Shown: positions 31,170 to 41,962 of the stretch, one piece after another
Layout: the number at the start of each line of letters is the position of its first letter
Position numbering within the stretch: position 1 is the stretch's first letter
NCBI GenBank assembly: GCA_963820655.1
Contig: CAWGAM010000002.1
Coordinates: 1,631,868-1,695,867, forward strand
Reading direction: 5' to 3'
Length of the DNA: 64,000 nucleotides
Source of the DNA: an uncultured Actinomycetota bacterium
GTDB lineage: Bacteria > Actinomycetota > Actinomycetes > Propionibacteriales > Kribbellaceae
The notes under the pieces: model-generated
What the model was told of the DNA's origin: nothing
What the model saw: only the letters and a program-made list of their open reading frames with translations
Database searches by the model: none
Program-made: the position numbers and the translations under genes

Positions 31170-32522
31170 ATGCTCTGGACCTACCTGATCGTCGGTGCCG
31201 TCGCACTCGTGGTCCTTCTCATCCTGTTCCGGATGGTCTGGCGGGTGGCGGAGCCGAACGAGGCCCTGATCATCTCCGGCCTCGGCGCGCACTCGAGCTC
31301 CGGAGCAGGTCAACGAGACGCTCGGCTTCAAGATCGTGGTCGGTCGCGGCACCGCCGTACTGCCCGGCTTCCAGACCGTACGGCGGCTGCCGCTCGGACA
31401 TCCGCGCGACGCCGCTGACCGTCACCTGCGTGTCCAGCCAGGGCATCCCGCTGCACATCAAGGGCGTCACGGCGTACAAGGTCGGTGACGACTACGGCTC
31501 GATCGCGAACGCGGCCCGGCGGTTCCTGGAGCAGAGCGACGAGCAGGTGATGAGCACGATCCACGAGCTGTTCGCGGGTCACCTGCGCGCGATCGTCGGC
31601 TCGACCACGGTCGAGGAGATGCTGCACGACCGGGAGACGCTGACCACGAACATCCGCGGCTCGCTGGCCGGCGACATGGAGAAGCTCGGCCTGGTGGTCG
31701 ACTCGCTGCAGATCCAGGAGATCGACGACGAGTCCGGCTACATCAAGAACCTGGGCCGCCCGCAGGCCGCCGCGGTCGAGGCCGCGGCCCGGATCGCGCA
31801 GGCCGAGCGGGACCGGGAGGCGACCGAGCGCGAGCAGGTCGCCGTCGCCGCGAAGGCCGCGGCCGTCCGGCAGAGCTCGATCGCGCAGGCCGGGTACCAG
31901 GCCGAGGTCGACCAGGCGAAGTCGAAGGCGTCGCAGTCCGGCCCGCTGGCCGAGGCGCTGGCCCGGCAGGAGGTCGTGGTCGCCGAGACGGAGACCGCGA
32001 AGCTGAACGCGTCGCTGGCCGAGAAGCAGCTCGAGTCGACGGTGCTGAAGCCGGCCGACGCCGAGGCGTACAAGCAGCGCACGCTGGCCCAGGCCACCCG
32101 TGACGCCCAGATCGCGGCCGCCGAGGCGCAGGCCCGGGAGGTCCAGCTGCGCGGTGAGGCGCAGGCCAAGGCGACCGAGCTGACCGGTAAGGCCGAGGCC
32201 GCCGCGGTCCAGGCGAAGGCGATGGCCGAGGCGGCCGGTATCAAGGCCCGCGCCGAGGCGCTGGCGACGAACACCGACGCCGTCGTCGCGCAGCAGTTGG
32301 CCGAGGCGTACCCGGAGATCGTCCGGCGCGGCGGCATCGTCGTTCGAGAAGGTCGGCAACATGGTCGTCCTGAACGGTGCCCAGGGCATCGAAGACACCC
32401 TGGTGAAGACCATCACCATGGGTGGCTCCGGCTTCGCCCTGGCCAAGCAGCTGATCGACTCGCTGGCCAGCAAGAAGGACGAGAAGCCCCTCCTGGAGTC
32501 CGTCCCCGACGAAACGGCGTAA
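31170..32522 (+). CDS. flotillin / SPFH (band 7) family protein; about 2 frameshifts near 31290 and 32335
   Basis: The N-term TM is MLWTYLIVGAVALVVLLILFRMVWRVAEPNEALIISG. The middle is a long coiled-coil (AQAKATELTGKAEAAAVQAKAMAEAAGI), and the C-term reads FEKVGNMVVLNGAQGIEDTLVKTI. Confidence 0.8.
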
Positions 32523-32553
32523 CGACGCTCCCTAACGTCCGAAGATCTGAGGC

Positions 32554-33231
32554 CTATAGCGCTCGGTTCTGATCGGACCGTTGCCGGTTCAGAGCCCGAG
32601 ATGGGCGAGTACGGCGAGGACGCGGCGGTGACCGGAATCGGTCGGGCGGCAGCTCGAGCTTGAGGAAGACGTTGCCGACGTGCTTGTGCACGGCGCCTTC
32701 GGTGATCACCAGCTTCTCGGCGATCGCGGCGTTGCCGAGTCCCTCCGCCATCAGCGCGAGCACCTCGCGCTCGCGTGGCGTCAGCCGATCCAGCGGGTTG
32801 CTCCGCTTGCACCATCAGCTGGCTGACCACTTCCGGGTCGAGCACGGTGCCACCCGCGGCCACCCGGCGTACCGCCTCGAGGAACTCGTCGACCCGGGAC
32901 ACCCGGTCCTTCAGCAGGTAGCCGACGCCTTCGCTGCCGGCGGCGAGGAGCTCGGCCGCGTAGACCTCCTCGACGTACTGCGAGAAGACGAGGACGGGGA
33001 GGCCGGGCCGGACCCGGCGGGCCTCGATCGCGGCGCGGAGGCCCTCGTCGGTGAAGGTCGGCGGGAGCCGTACGTCGACCACCGTGATGTCCGGGCTCGT
33101 GCTCGCGCGACCGCCTGCGCGAACTCGTCGGCGTCGCCGGCGATCGCGGCGACCTCGAAGCCGGAGTTGCCCAGCAGCAGGCTGAGGCCCTCGGCGAGGA
33201 TCGGGTTGTCCTCGAGGATCATTACTCGCAC
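32554..33231 (-). CDS. LuxR/NarL-family response regulator; about 2 frameshifts
   Basis: The REC N-terminus is MRVMILEDNPILAEGLSLLLGNSGFEVAAIAGDADE, and the C-terminal LuxR HTH is VLALMAEGLGNAAIAEKLVITEGAVHKHVGNVFLKL. Confidence 0.75.
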
Positions 33232-34390
33232 GGCAGGATCACCTCGATCGTGGTGGGCCCACCGATGGGGCTCCGCAGCTCCAGCTGCCCGTCGATCGCC
33301 TGCACCCGGTGCACCATGCCATGCAGGCCGCTCCCCCGGCCCAGCAGGTCGGACTGCTCGCTGATCCGCGCTCCACCGATGCCGTCGTCGGTGATCGCCA
33401 GGTAGAGCTCAGGACCACGCCGTTCCAGCAGTACGTCGACGTGCCCGGCCGCCGAGTGCTTGGTGACATTGGTGAGCGACTCGGCGACGACGAAGTACGC
33501 AGCGGCTTCGACCGGGGCCGGGCACCTGCCCGAGCTCGCCGATCCGGAGTTCGACCGGCATCGGGCAGCGAGCGCAGAGTGCCGAGACCGCACCGGCCAG
33601 ACCGCGGTCCGCGAGGATCGGCGGGTACATGGTCCGCAGTACGCCGCGCAGCTCGGTCATCGCCTGCTCGGCGCCGTCACGGGCGTCGTCGAGCAGCTTG
33701 GCGGCCTTCTCCGGGTCGTCGGCCATGGTCTGCTTGGCGATGCCGATCCGCATCGCCAGTGACACCAGCTGCGCCTGGGTGCCGTCGTGCAGGTCGCGCT
33801 CGATCCGGCGCAGCTCGGCACCGTGCGAGTCGACCGCGCCGGCGCGGTCCGGGTCAGCTCCTCGACCCGCTGCTGCAAGCCGCGCGGTCTCCAACTCGGC
33901 CTGACTCGGTGCGAGCAGCTGCCGTACCGCTCGAGCGTGCCCGCGGGCCACGGCCGGTGCGACCCAGCCCAGGAAGCCCAGAGCTGACTGCGACCTGCAG
34001 CGGGCCGAGTGTCAAAGCCTCCAACCAGCTGTCGACGTCGAGACCCATCAGGCTGGACTGGCCCGAGGTGAACTCCCACAGGACCATGCTGAGCGAGTGC
34101 CGAGGGGATTCCGCTCACCGAGATCACCCCGATGATCAGTTCGGGGATCATGACCAGCGGCCCGAGCAAGAGCCACAGGCTGCGCTTGAACGACTTGTCC
34201 CGGAACAGGGTCACGACGTCGCCCGGCTTGCGCGGAGCGGCCGGCGGCAGCGGCGGATCCTGCGCCAGACCGAGGTACCCCGTCGCGTTGTAGCGCTCGT
34301 TGTTCGCGAGCCGGACCAGGCTTGCGGTGACGCCCGGGAAGCGCCCAGCCGACCAGCAGGCTGATCGGCAGGGCGGCCAGCAGCACCATG
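33222..34390 (-). CDS. sensor histidine kinase (HisKA_3/HATPase_c), heavily fragmented by at least 4 frameshifts
   Basis: Pieces present are TM segments (MVRSLKAMVLLAALPISLLVGWAL, SLWLLLGPLVMIPELIIGVISV), the HisKA_3 motif ELRRIERDLHDGTQAQLVSL, and the HATPase region YFVVAESLTNVTKHS...ITDDGIGG. Confidence 0.65.
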
Positions 34391-34567
34391 GCCTTCAGAG
34401 AGCGAACCACCAGGTATCCACTGGCGCGAAGGCCCCGGAACCAGAATCTTGGTCAACATGTCTCAATCCTCCGGCAACCTACCGCCGCCGTCGGTACAGC
34501 AGGCTCTACTGTTCCTGCTGGCGTGAGCTGGAGCAGGCCCGGAATGCCCCGGGCCTGCTCCAGCCGC

Positions 34568-35940
34568 TCAGGTGCACTCAGGTACGCCCGGGAGCTTGGC
34601 GTTCGGGTCGTCGATGTAGATGTTGGTCATGTAGCCGCCCTGGTCGCGCAGCTTCGCCCACCAGTTGTTCGTGGTGCCTTCGGCCGTGACCGGATCGCCC
34701 TGCACCTGGCAGGTGACGAACACCTGGGTCGGGCCGGGCAGCTCGGTGACGATCGAGGCGGTCAGGCTCGGCGCGGACCGGACCCGGACCCCGCTGCCGT
34801 AGGTGGTGAAGTTGTACTCCGGCGGGTTCGGGTTCCCGCCGTTCACCAGCTGCATGTAGTAGGTCCAGTTCCAGTTCGGACCCGGGTCGGTGTGGGTCTG
34901 GTTCGGCATCTCGACGTGGCCCTTGATGTGGGCCCGGTCCTTCGGGATGCCCCGGCGGTCGGCGATGTTGCGGGTCAGCGCGGCCGACGAGCGGTACATC
35001 GCGTCGGTGAACCAGGACGGGTCGTCGACGAAGCCCTCGTGCTCGATGCCGATCGTGTAACCGGTTCTCGGTGCCCACGTGCCAGGCGGTGTCCTTCTCG
35101 GCCACCATCTGGGTGACCTGACCGTCGCTCGACCGGATGACGTAGTGCGAGCTCACCTGCGCGGACGGGTTCTTGAACCAGCTGATGGTGCCGGCGTACG
35201 ACCCTTGCGTCACGTGGATGACGATGGTCGAGATGGTCTGCGGTCCGGCCGGCCCGGTAGTTGCAGGTGCAGGCCGGGTCCCAGATCGCGCCCGGGTAGT
35301 CGACGGCCTGGATCGAGGCCTTCGTCCGGGTGCCGAGCGGGGCGACCTTGGCGTAGGCGCCGAGATCCGGGACAACCTTCTGCGGTGCGGTGGTGACTCC
35401 GGCCGCGTGGACACCGGTGCCGATGATCCGGTACACCTCGTCGGTGTAGAGCCGGGCGGTCGGGCCGTCGGCGGAGTGCGAGTACTTCGCGACCACGCCG
35501 TACCACTTGCCGAGGTTCTTGCGGTCCGTGCCAGCTCCGGCCTGGTCGGCATAGGAATCGAGCACGGCTGCGGCGCCGAGGATGTTCGAGGCGTTGTCCT
35601 TGGCAAGCTTCTCCACCGGCAGGCCGGTCAGCTTGGTTGCCTCGGACATCGTCTTGTTCTGGTTGTTGCTGACCAGGTGCATCACGCCGTAGCCGTTGGC
35701 CTGGCTGGGCTGACCGTCGTGACCGTCGAGGTGCGACTCGGCGAACCCGACGCCGACGAGCACTTCACGCGGTACGTCGTACTTCGCGGCAGCGGCCTGG
35801 AAAGCGGACGAGAGGACCGGCCGGCCGGCGGGTCGGGTTGGCTCGGCCGCGTTGCTCGGCAGGGCGCTCAGTGCGAGCGCGCCGGCCGCCGCGACGGCAA
35901 GGAGTGTGGACAGTTTGGGTACTCGGGCGGTTTTCCCCAT
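34568..35940 (-). CDS. secreted N-acetylmuramoyl-L-alanine amidase (Amidase_2/PGRP-like) with a C-terminal SH3-like region; at least 2 frameshifts
   Basis: The signal peptide is MGKTARVPKLSTLLAVAAAGALALSALPSNA, and the amidase core is IVIHVTQGSYAGTISWFKNPSAQVSSHYVIRSSDGQVTQMVAEKDTAWH. Confidence 0.7.
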
Positions 35941-36076
35941 CGGGCGGTTCCTTCCCTGTCTGGTCCGCCGAGGGGCGTCGGCGGTCCCGGGTGCCACGCT
36001 AAGGCAAATTCTTCCGCCGGAACCAGAGTTTGGGTGAACTTTTCCCGTCACGGCATGAATTCGGCCGATGACAGGA

Positions 36077-37198
36077 TCACGTCACCACTCGACCGCGCAG
36101 GACGATCAGCAGCGGGTGGGTCAGGACGGCCGGGTTGGCCCGTGGGTCCTCGTCGTACACGACGAGGTCGGCCGGATCGCCAGGCCTCAGCTCGCTGGGA
36201 GCGCCGAGCCACTCGCGCGCACCCCACGACCCGGCGGCCAGCGCCTGCTCCCCCGACATCCCGATGTCGGTCAAGGCCTGGATCTCCTGCGCCACCAGGC
36301 CATGTCCGAGTACGCCGCCCGCGTCGGTCCCGGCGTACACCGGTACGCCGGCCTCGTAGGCGTCCCGCAACCGGTCCAGGCGGCGGTCGTAGAGGTCGCG
36401 CATGTGGGCCGAGTACACCGGGAACTTGGCGGCGGCCTGATCGGCGTACTGCGGGAAGTTCTCCAGCTGGATCAGCGTCGGGACCACCGCGACGCCATGC
36501 TCGGCCATCCGGTCGAGCATGTCCGGCAGCAGGCCGGTGCCGTGCTCGATGCAGTCGATGCCGGCGGCAAGCAGATCCGGAAGGGCGTGCTCGCCGAAGA
36601 CATGAGCGGTGACCCGGGCGCCCAACTCATGGGCGCGGGCGATGGCTGCGTTCAGTGCCTCGGCCGGCCAGCACGGGGTGAGGTCGCCGGCGTCCCGGTC
36701 GATCCAGTCGCCGACCAGCTTGACCCAGCCGTCACCGCGGCGGGCCTCCTGCTCGACGTACGCGACCAGCTCGTCCGGCTCGATCTCCCAGCCGTAGTCG
36801 CGGATGTACCGCTTCGAACGGGCGATGTGCCGGCCGGCCCGGATGATCTTCGGCAGGTCCTCGCGCTCGTCGATCCAGCGGGTGTCCGCGGCCGAACCGG
36901 CATCCCGGACCAGCAGCGCGCCGGCCGCGCGGTCGGCCATCGCCTGTTCCTCCTGGGTGTCCCGGTCGACGGCGCCGTGCTGGTCGAGGCCGATGTGGCA
37001 GTGCGCGTCGACCAGGCCGGGCAGGATCCAGCCACCGGTGTGCACGGTGCTGACATCACCAGCGGTAGGCCGGTCGACGACCAGCCCACCGCTGAGGTGA
37101 AGCTCCTGCTGCTCACCGGCCGGCAGCACCGTGCCGACGAGCCTGAGTACGCCGGACGACCGGGGCGGTGGGCCGGGGAAGGAATCCAACTCGGTCAT
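36077..37198 (-). CDS. amidohydrolase family metal-dependent hydrolase
   Basis: GWILPGLVDAHCHIGLD (the HxH metal motif) and HVFGEHALPDLLAAGIDCIEHG, in an intact ORF. Confidence 0.8.
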   Translation of the reverse strand: MTELDSFPGPPPRSSGVLRLVGTVLPAGEQQELHLSGGLVVDRPTAGDVSTVHTGGWILPGLVDAHCHIGLDQHGAVDRDTQEEQAMADRAAGALLVRDAGSAADTRWIDEREDLPKIIRAGRHIARSKRYIRDYGWEIEPDELVAYVEQEARRGDGWVKLVGDWIDRDAGDLTPCWPAEALNAAIARAHELGARVTAHVFGEHALPDLLAAGIDCIEHGTGLLPDMLDRMAEHGVAVVPTLIQLENFPQYADQAAAKFPVYSAHMRDLYDRRLDRLRDAYEAGVPVYAGTDAGGVLGHGLVAQEIQALTDIGMSGEQALAAGSWGAREWLGAPSELRPGDPADLVVYDEDPRANPAVLTHPLLIVLRGRVVT

Positions 37199-37223
37199 GC
37201 TGCCGACCGTATCCGGCGGTCTG

Positions 37224-38453
37224 TCACCTGTGCGAGCCGCCGCCCGGCGTGCAGGTCGGGGTGGTCGGGTCGTTGCTCGCGCACGGCGTACCGGACGGGG
37301 TGTCTGTCGGCGTCGGCGTGGGAGTCGGCGTCGGGGTCGGCGTGGGCGTCGGAGTCGGCGTGGGCGTCTTGGTCGGCGGCTGCGTCGGCCGGGTCGGCGG
37401 ACGCGTCGGCCTGTGCGTCGGCGTGGTGGTCGGCGTCTCGATCGGATCTGCCGCTGTCGGCTCGCCGACCGGAGTGGACGGCCGCCTCGTCGGCGTCGGC
37501 ATGGTCGGCGTGGTGGTGTTGACCGGGATGTCCGGCACCTCGCGCGGGTCGACCGTGCGCTCGGCGTTGCCGACCGACCTCGGCACCGACAGGCTGCCCT
37601 TGTCGTTCGGGATCAGGACCGCGTTCTTGCTGTAGACCCGCATCCACTTCAGCACGGTGGCGACGAAGTCCTTGGAGTGCTGGTACCGCAGCAGGGCGGC
37701 GACCAGGTCGCGCGGCTGCTTCAGGTCGTCGCCCTCGGCGCACAGGACCACGGCCACCGTGGTGACGGCGTCGTACGCGTTGTTGGGGTTGCGGTAGCCG
37801 TCGCCGTTGCCGTCGGCTCCGAACTCGTCCCACACCTGCGGGATGATCTGCATCGGCCCGACCGCACGGTCCCAGGTCAGGTCGCCGTCGTACCGGCCCT
37901 TGTCGGAGTCGGTGATCCGGACAGTGCCGCTACGGCCGTTCAGCACCGGGCCGAGGATCCTGCCCCGGGTGGTGCCGGCCACGTCGACCCGGCCACCGCT
38001 GGCGTGGTCGGACTCGACCTTGCCGATGCCGGCCAGCAACGGCCAGGTCAGCCCACAGTTCGGCCGGACCACGGCGAGGTTCGCGGTGGCGCGGCGGTAG
38101 GCGGGGAAGACCCCGCGCGGGATGCCGTTGACGGCACCCGGCCGCCCGGGCCGGACGACGGACCTGCCGTCGGTCGCCCCCTGCACGGGGACGTCGGCGC
38201 GGGCGGGCTGGTCGGATCCGAGCCGGCCGTCCACTCCGGGACGCTGCGGCACGATCATCGTCAGTTCGTCGAACTCACCGCTGTTCAGCCCGGCCCCAGG
38301 CGATGGGGCGACCGGGCTGTCCGCCACGAGCGAGCCGGAGGCACCGGCCCCGCCCGAGGCGATTGTCACGACGGCCCCGACCAGGAGCGGGGCGGTGCAC
38401 AGTGACGCGATGATGATTTTGACCCGACGGTTACCACTACGGGTTAGGCGCAT
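37224..38453 (-). CDS. membrane-anchored MltB-like lytic murein transglycosylase with a C-terminal Pro/Thr-repeat tail (paralog 1)
   Basis: The TM anchor is KIIIASLCTAPLLVGAVVTIASGG, with [20 protein letters not shown]...[37 protein letters not shown] and a TPTPTPTP tail. Confidence 0.8.
   Translation of the reverse strand: MRLTRSGNRRVKIIIASLCTAPLLVGAVVTIASGGAGASGSLVADSPVAPSPGAGLNSGEFDELTMIVPQRPGVDGRLGSDQPARADVPVQGATDGRSVVRPGRPGAVNGIPRGVFPAYRRATANLAVVRPNCGLTWPLLAGIGKVESDHASGGRVDVAGTTRGRILGPVLNGRSGTVRITDSDKGRYDGDLTWDRAVGPMQIIPQVWDEFGADGNGDGYRNPNNAYDAVTTVAVVLCAEGDDLKQPRDLVAALLRYQHSKDFVATVLKWMRVYSKNAVLIPNDKGSLSVPRSVGNAERTVDPREVPDIPVNTTTPTMPTPTRRPSTPVGEPTAADPIETPTTTPTHRPTRPPTRPTQPPTKTPTPTPTPTPTPTPTPTPTPTDTPSGTPCASNDPTTPTCTPGGGSHR
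37240..37510 (-). repeat. low-complexity (ACC/CCG)n-type DNA repeat encoding the (TP)n linker of paralog 1
   Basis: The run cgtcggcgtgggngtcgg is visible on the plus strand. Confidence 0.6.
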
Positions 38454-38640
38454 AGTCCCCTCAACGACCAATACGCCAGAAAGTTACATCAAGACGACGC
38501 AAAGTTACCTGACCCGCCAACACGGCGGGAACGGGCACCCACAGGCGGTCGCCGAGCGTGGATCCGCGCGGTGAGAGGTGCGCGGGACGGAGGTAATCTG
38601 CCCGGTTACCCCTGCCTGATAGCCCGATATCCCGGCTGGT

Positions 38641-39996
38641 TCAGTTGGCCGGCTGAGGCGCCTTCTGCGGGGTGGACTCGGAGCTCGGGTCCCCCTGCGG
38701 CGTCGTGGTGACGCACGGCTCCGGAGTCGGGGTGGCCGTGGGGGTCGGCGTCGCGGTCGGTGGTCCCGTCGGCGTCGGCGTACACGTCGGTGTAGGCGTC
38801 GGCGTGGGAGTCGGGGTCGGCGTCGGCGTGGGGGTTGGCGTCGGCGTCGGCGTGGGAGTCGGCGTCGGGGTACTGGTCGGAGGCGTCGACGTCGGCGGTG
38901 TGGTCGGCGGCTTCGGCGATGTCGGCGTCGTGGTCGGCGGCTTCGATGTCGGCGTCGAAGTCGTCGGGGTGGCCGGCCTGTTGGTCGGCACCGGCGTGCT
39001 CGGACGACCCGCGGTCGGCCGCGTCGTCGGCTGAACCGTCGGCGTCGTGGTGGGCGTCGTCGCCGTGGTCGTCGTGGTCGCGGTCCGGGTCGGGTTGTTG
39101 GTCTCGTCGACGTTGCCGTTGTCGTCCGTCGGCGGGGTGATCACGCCTTGCGTGTCCGGGATCGTCACGGTCTGTTGGCTGTACGACTGCATCCACCGAA
39201 GCACGGTCGACACGTAGTCCATCGAGTGGTTGTACCGCAGCACCGCCTGCACCAGACCCTGCGGATCGGCCAGGTTCCCACCGCCGGCGCACAGGTAGTC
39301 GCCTGCCGCCCGCGCCGCGTCGAACACGTTGTGCGGGTCCTTGACGCCGTCACCGTTGCCGTCCGCGCCGAACGTATTCCACGTCCCCGGGATGAACTGC
39401 ATCGGACCGACCGCTCGGTCCCAGCTCGCGTCGCCGTCGTACACACCCTGGTCGGTGTCCGCGATCGCGGCCATCCCCGGGCCGCCGTTGAGGACGGGAC
39501 CGAGGATCTTGCCGCGGGTGTTCCCGTTCGGCTCGACCTTGCCGCCGCTGGCGTGCGCGGACTCGACCTTGCCGATGCCGGCCAGCAGTGGCCAGGTCAG
39601 GTGACAGCCGGGCATCGAGAGCGCGAGATCGTTCGCAGCCTTCTGGTACGCCGCCAGCACCGTGCCCGGGATGCCGGACGTGTCACCGGTGATCCCCGGA
39701 ATCGGTTGCACCGGGCCTGTCGTCGTACCGGTGATCGGCACCTGGACGGTCGACTTCTCCTGCGTCGGAAGGCTGCCGTCGGCACCGGGCTGCTTCGGGA
39801 CGCTGTTGGCCAGGTCGTTGAAGACCGCGTCCTCGCGCGGCGCGGCCAGCGCATGCGCGTCGACGATGAACGTGTTCGAGGTGACACCGCCGACGACGAA
39901 GACGGCGACCATCGCGGTGGGCGGAGCCAAGCAGACCCAGGTGGCGGTCAACTTCCCCCGCCAGGTGTCCAGGTTCTTGAACTGCTGCCTCATCCG
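38641..39996 (-). CDS. membrane-anchored MltB-like lytic murein transglycosylase with a long Pro/Thr-repeat tail (paralog 2)
   Basis: [21 protein letters not shown]...[44 protein letters not shown] followed by an about 165-aa PT-rich tail. Confidence 0.8.
   Translation of the reverse strand, partial: RMRQQFKNLDTWRGKLTATWVCLAPPTAMVAVFVVGGVTSNTFIVDAHALAAPREDAVFNDLANSVPKQPGADGSLPTQEKSTVQVPITGTTTGPVQPIPGITGDTSGIPGTVLAAYQKAANDLALSMPGCHLTWPLLAGIGKVESAHASGGKVEPNGNTRGKILGPVLNGGPGMAAIADTDQGVYDGDASWDRAVGPMQFIPGTWNTFGADGNGDGVKDPHNVFDAARAAGDYLCAGGGNLADPQGLVQAVLRYNHSMDYVSTVLRWMQSYSQQTVTIPDTQGVITPPTDDNGNVDETNNPTRTATTTTTATTPTTTPTVQPTTRPTAGRPSTPVPTNRPATPTTSTPTSKPPTTTPTSPKPPTTPPTSTPPTSTPTPTPTPTPTPTPTPTPTPTPTPTPTPTCTPTPTGPPTATPTPTATPTPEPCVTTTPQGDPSSESTPQKAPQPAN
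38660..39135 (-). repeat. low-complexity repeat encoding the (TP)n/(PT)n tail of paralog 2
   Basis: Gtcggcgtgggagtcggggtcggcgtcggc units are visible on the plus strand. Confidence 0.6.
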
Positions 39997-40242
39997 AACA
40001 ACCGTCCTTCGGCGCATTCCGCAGTGGTGTTTCCTTCGGGCGTACGGTCGATCTTAGCCGTCGCCGGGTCGTGGGCAACCGGTAACGGCGGGCCACTTCA
40101 TGCAGTGACCGGGTGCCCAACGGCAATCCACTCCGTGGCCACAGAGAGTTCACGGGGACGTCGAGCGCCGGGCCCGCCGACGTACGCCGGGAGGCCCGAT
40201 CAGAGGTTGGCCCGATCGGGCAGCGCAGTACCGGGTCCGGCG

Positions 40243-41808
40243 CTACTTGTCGTCGCCGAGCAGCTTCTTCAGGTCGTCCGGGAGCTCGAAATCGCCGGCG
40301 TTCTGGCCACCGCCGAACGCGGCCGGCAGCTGACCCGGCTGCGGGACCGACGGCTGGGGGTTGCCCTGATTCGCCCGCTTGGCCGGGTTGCCCGAGCCGC
40401 GCTTCTTGCCCTTCTTCGCCTGCTGCTTGGCCTTCCGCGCACCGCCGGCCCCCGGACCCGGCATGCCCGGCATCCCGGGCATCCCCGGCATGCCCTTGCC
40501 GGACGCCATCGCGGACATCATCTTCCGTGCCTCGAAGAACCGCTCGACCAGCCCGCTGACGGTCGCGACCTCGGTGCCCGAGCCCTTCGCGATCCGGGCC
40601 CGGCGGGAGCCGTTGATGATGTTCGGATCGGTCCGCTCGGCCGGCGTCATCGAGTGGATGACCGCCTCGATCCGGTCGATCTCGCGCTCGTCGAAGTTCT
40701 CCAGCTGGTCCTTGAACTGGTTCGCGCCGGGCAGCATGCCGAAGATCTTGGTCAGCGGGCCCATCTTGCGAACCGACTGCATCTGGGCGAGGAAGTCGTC
40801 CAGGGTGAAGTCCTTGCCGCCCCGCTTCTGCAGCTTGGCCGCGGTCTTGGCGGCCTCCTCGGCGTCGAAGCTGCGCTCGGCCTGCTCGATCAGGCTCATC
40901 ACGTCGCCCATGCCGAGGATGCGCGACGCCATCCGGTCGGGGTGGAAGACGTCGAAGTCCTCGAGCTTCTCGCCGTTCGACGCGAACATCACCTGGCGGC
41001 CGGTCACCTGCGCGATCGACAGCGCGGCACCACCGCGAGCGTCACCGTCCAGCTTGGTCAGCACAACACCGTCGAAACCGACACCGTCTTCGAACGCCCG
41101 TGCCGTCGTCACCGCGTCCTGGCCGATCATCGCGTCGACGACGAACAGCACCTCGTCCGGCTGCACCGCGTCGCGGATGTCGGCGGCCTGCTTCATCATG
41201 TCCTCGTCGATGCCGAGCCGGCCGGCCGTGTCGACGATCACCACGCTGTACTGCTTCGCCCGCGCCTCGTCCATCGACCTGCGGGCGACGTCCACCGGGT
41301 CGCCGACGCCGTTGCCCGGCTCGGGCGCGAACACCGGTACGCCGGCGCGGTCGCCGACCACCTGCAGCTGGGTGACCGCGTTCGGCCGCTGGAGGTCCGC
41401 CGCGACCAGCATCGGCGTCTGGTGCTGGGTCTCCTTCAGCCACTTGGCCAACTTGCCGGCCAGGGTGGTCTTACCGGCACCCTGCAGACCGGCGAGCATG
41501 ATCACCGTCGGCGGCCGCTTCGCCATCCGCAGCTCGCGGGTCTCGCCACCGAGGATGTTGACCAGTTCCTCGTTGACGATCTTGATCACCTGCTGCGCCG
41601 GGTTCAGCCCGCCGCGCACCTCGGCTCCGCTGGCCCGCTCGCGGACCGCCGCGATGAACTCCCGCACCACCGGCAGCGCGACATCCGCCTCCAGCAACGC
41701 GATCCGGATCTCCCGGGCGGTCGCGTCGATATCGGCATCAGTCAGCTTGCCCTTGCCCCGCAGAGTCTTGAACGCGGTGGAGAGCCGATCGGAAAGCGTG
41801 TCGAACAC
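40243..41808 (-). CDS. ffh: signal recognition particle protein Ffh; GTG start
   Basis: VFDTLSDRLSTAFKTLRGKGKLTDADI...MLAGLQGAGKTT...DTAGRL, with an M-domain tail of GMPGMPGMPGMPG. Confidence 0.95.
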   Translation of the reverse strand: MFDTLSDRLSTAFKTLRGKGKLTDADIDATAREIRIALLEADVALPVVREFIAAVRERASGAEVRGGLNPAQQVIKIVNEELVNILGGETRELRMAKRPPTVIMLAGLQGAGKTTLAGKLAKWLKETQHQTPMLVAADLQRPNAVTQLQVVGDRAGVPVFAPEPGNGVGDPVDVARRSMDEARAKQYSVVIVDTAGRLGIDEDMMKQAADIRDAVQPDEVLFVVDAMIGQDAVTTARAFEDGVGFDGVVLTKLDGDARGGAALSIAQVTGRQVMFASNGEKLEDFDVFHPDRMASRILGMGDVMSLIEQAERSFDAEEAAKTAAKLQKRGGKDFTLDDFLAQMQSVRKMGPLTKIFGMLPGANQFKDQLENFDEREIDRIEAVIHSMTPAERTDPNIINGSRRARIAKGSGTEVATVSGLVERFFEARKMMSAMASGKGMPGMPGMPGMPGPGAGGARKAKQQAKKGKKRGSGNPAKRANQGNPQPSVPQPGQLPAAFGGGQNAGDFELPDDLKKLLGDDK

Positions 41809-41962
41809 GAGAAACAGTCCGTTTCCTCGAAGCCATGAACTCCCCGAGTCTACCGGCCCCCCAACCTGTGGATAACTCCCACGCTCTCACCCGGCTCGAG
41901 GGGTAGGTGGGCTTGCCGGCGGTTATGGTGCTGGGGACGGTTGAGTCGTGGGAAGGTGCCGG

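Noticed and set aside
37240-39135. Regularly spaced short DNA repeats that might be mistaken for a CRISPR array.
   Set aside because: They are in-frame (ACN-CCN)n codon repeats encoding Thr-Pro linkers inside two transglycosylase genes. There is no spacer/repeat architecture and no cas genes.
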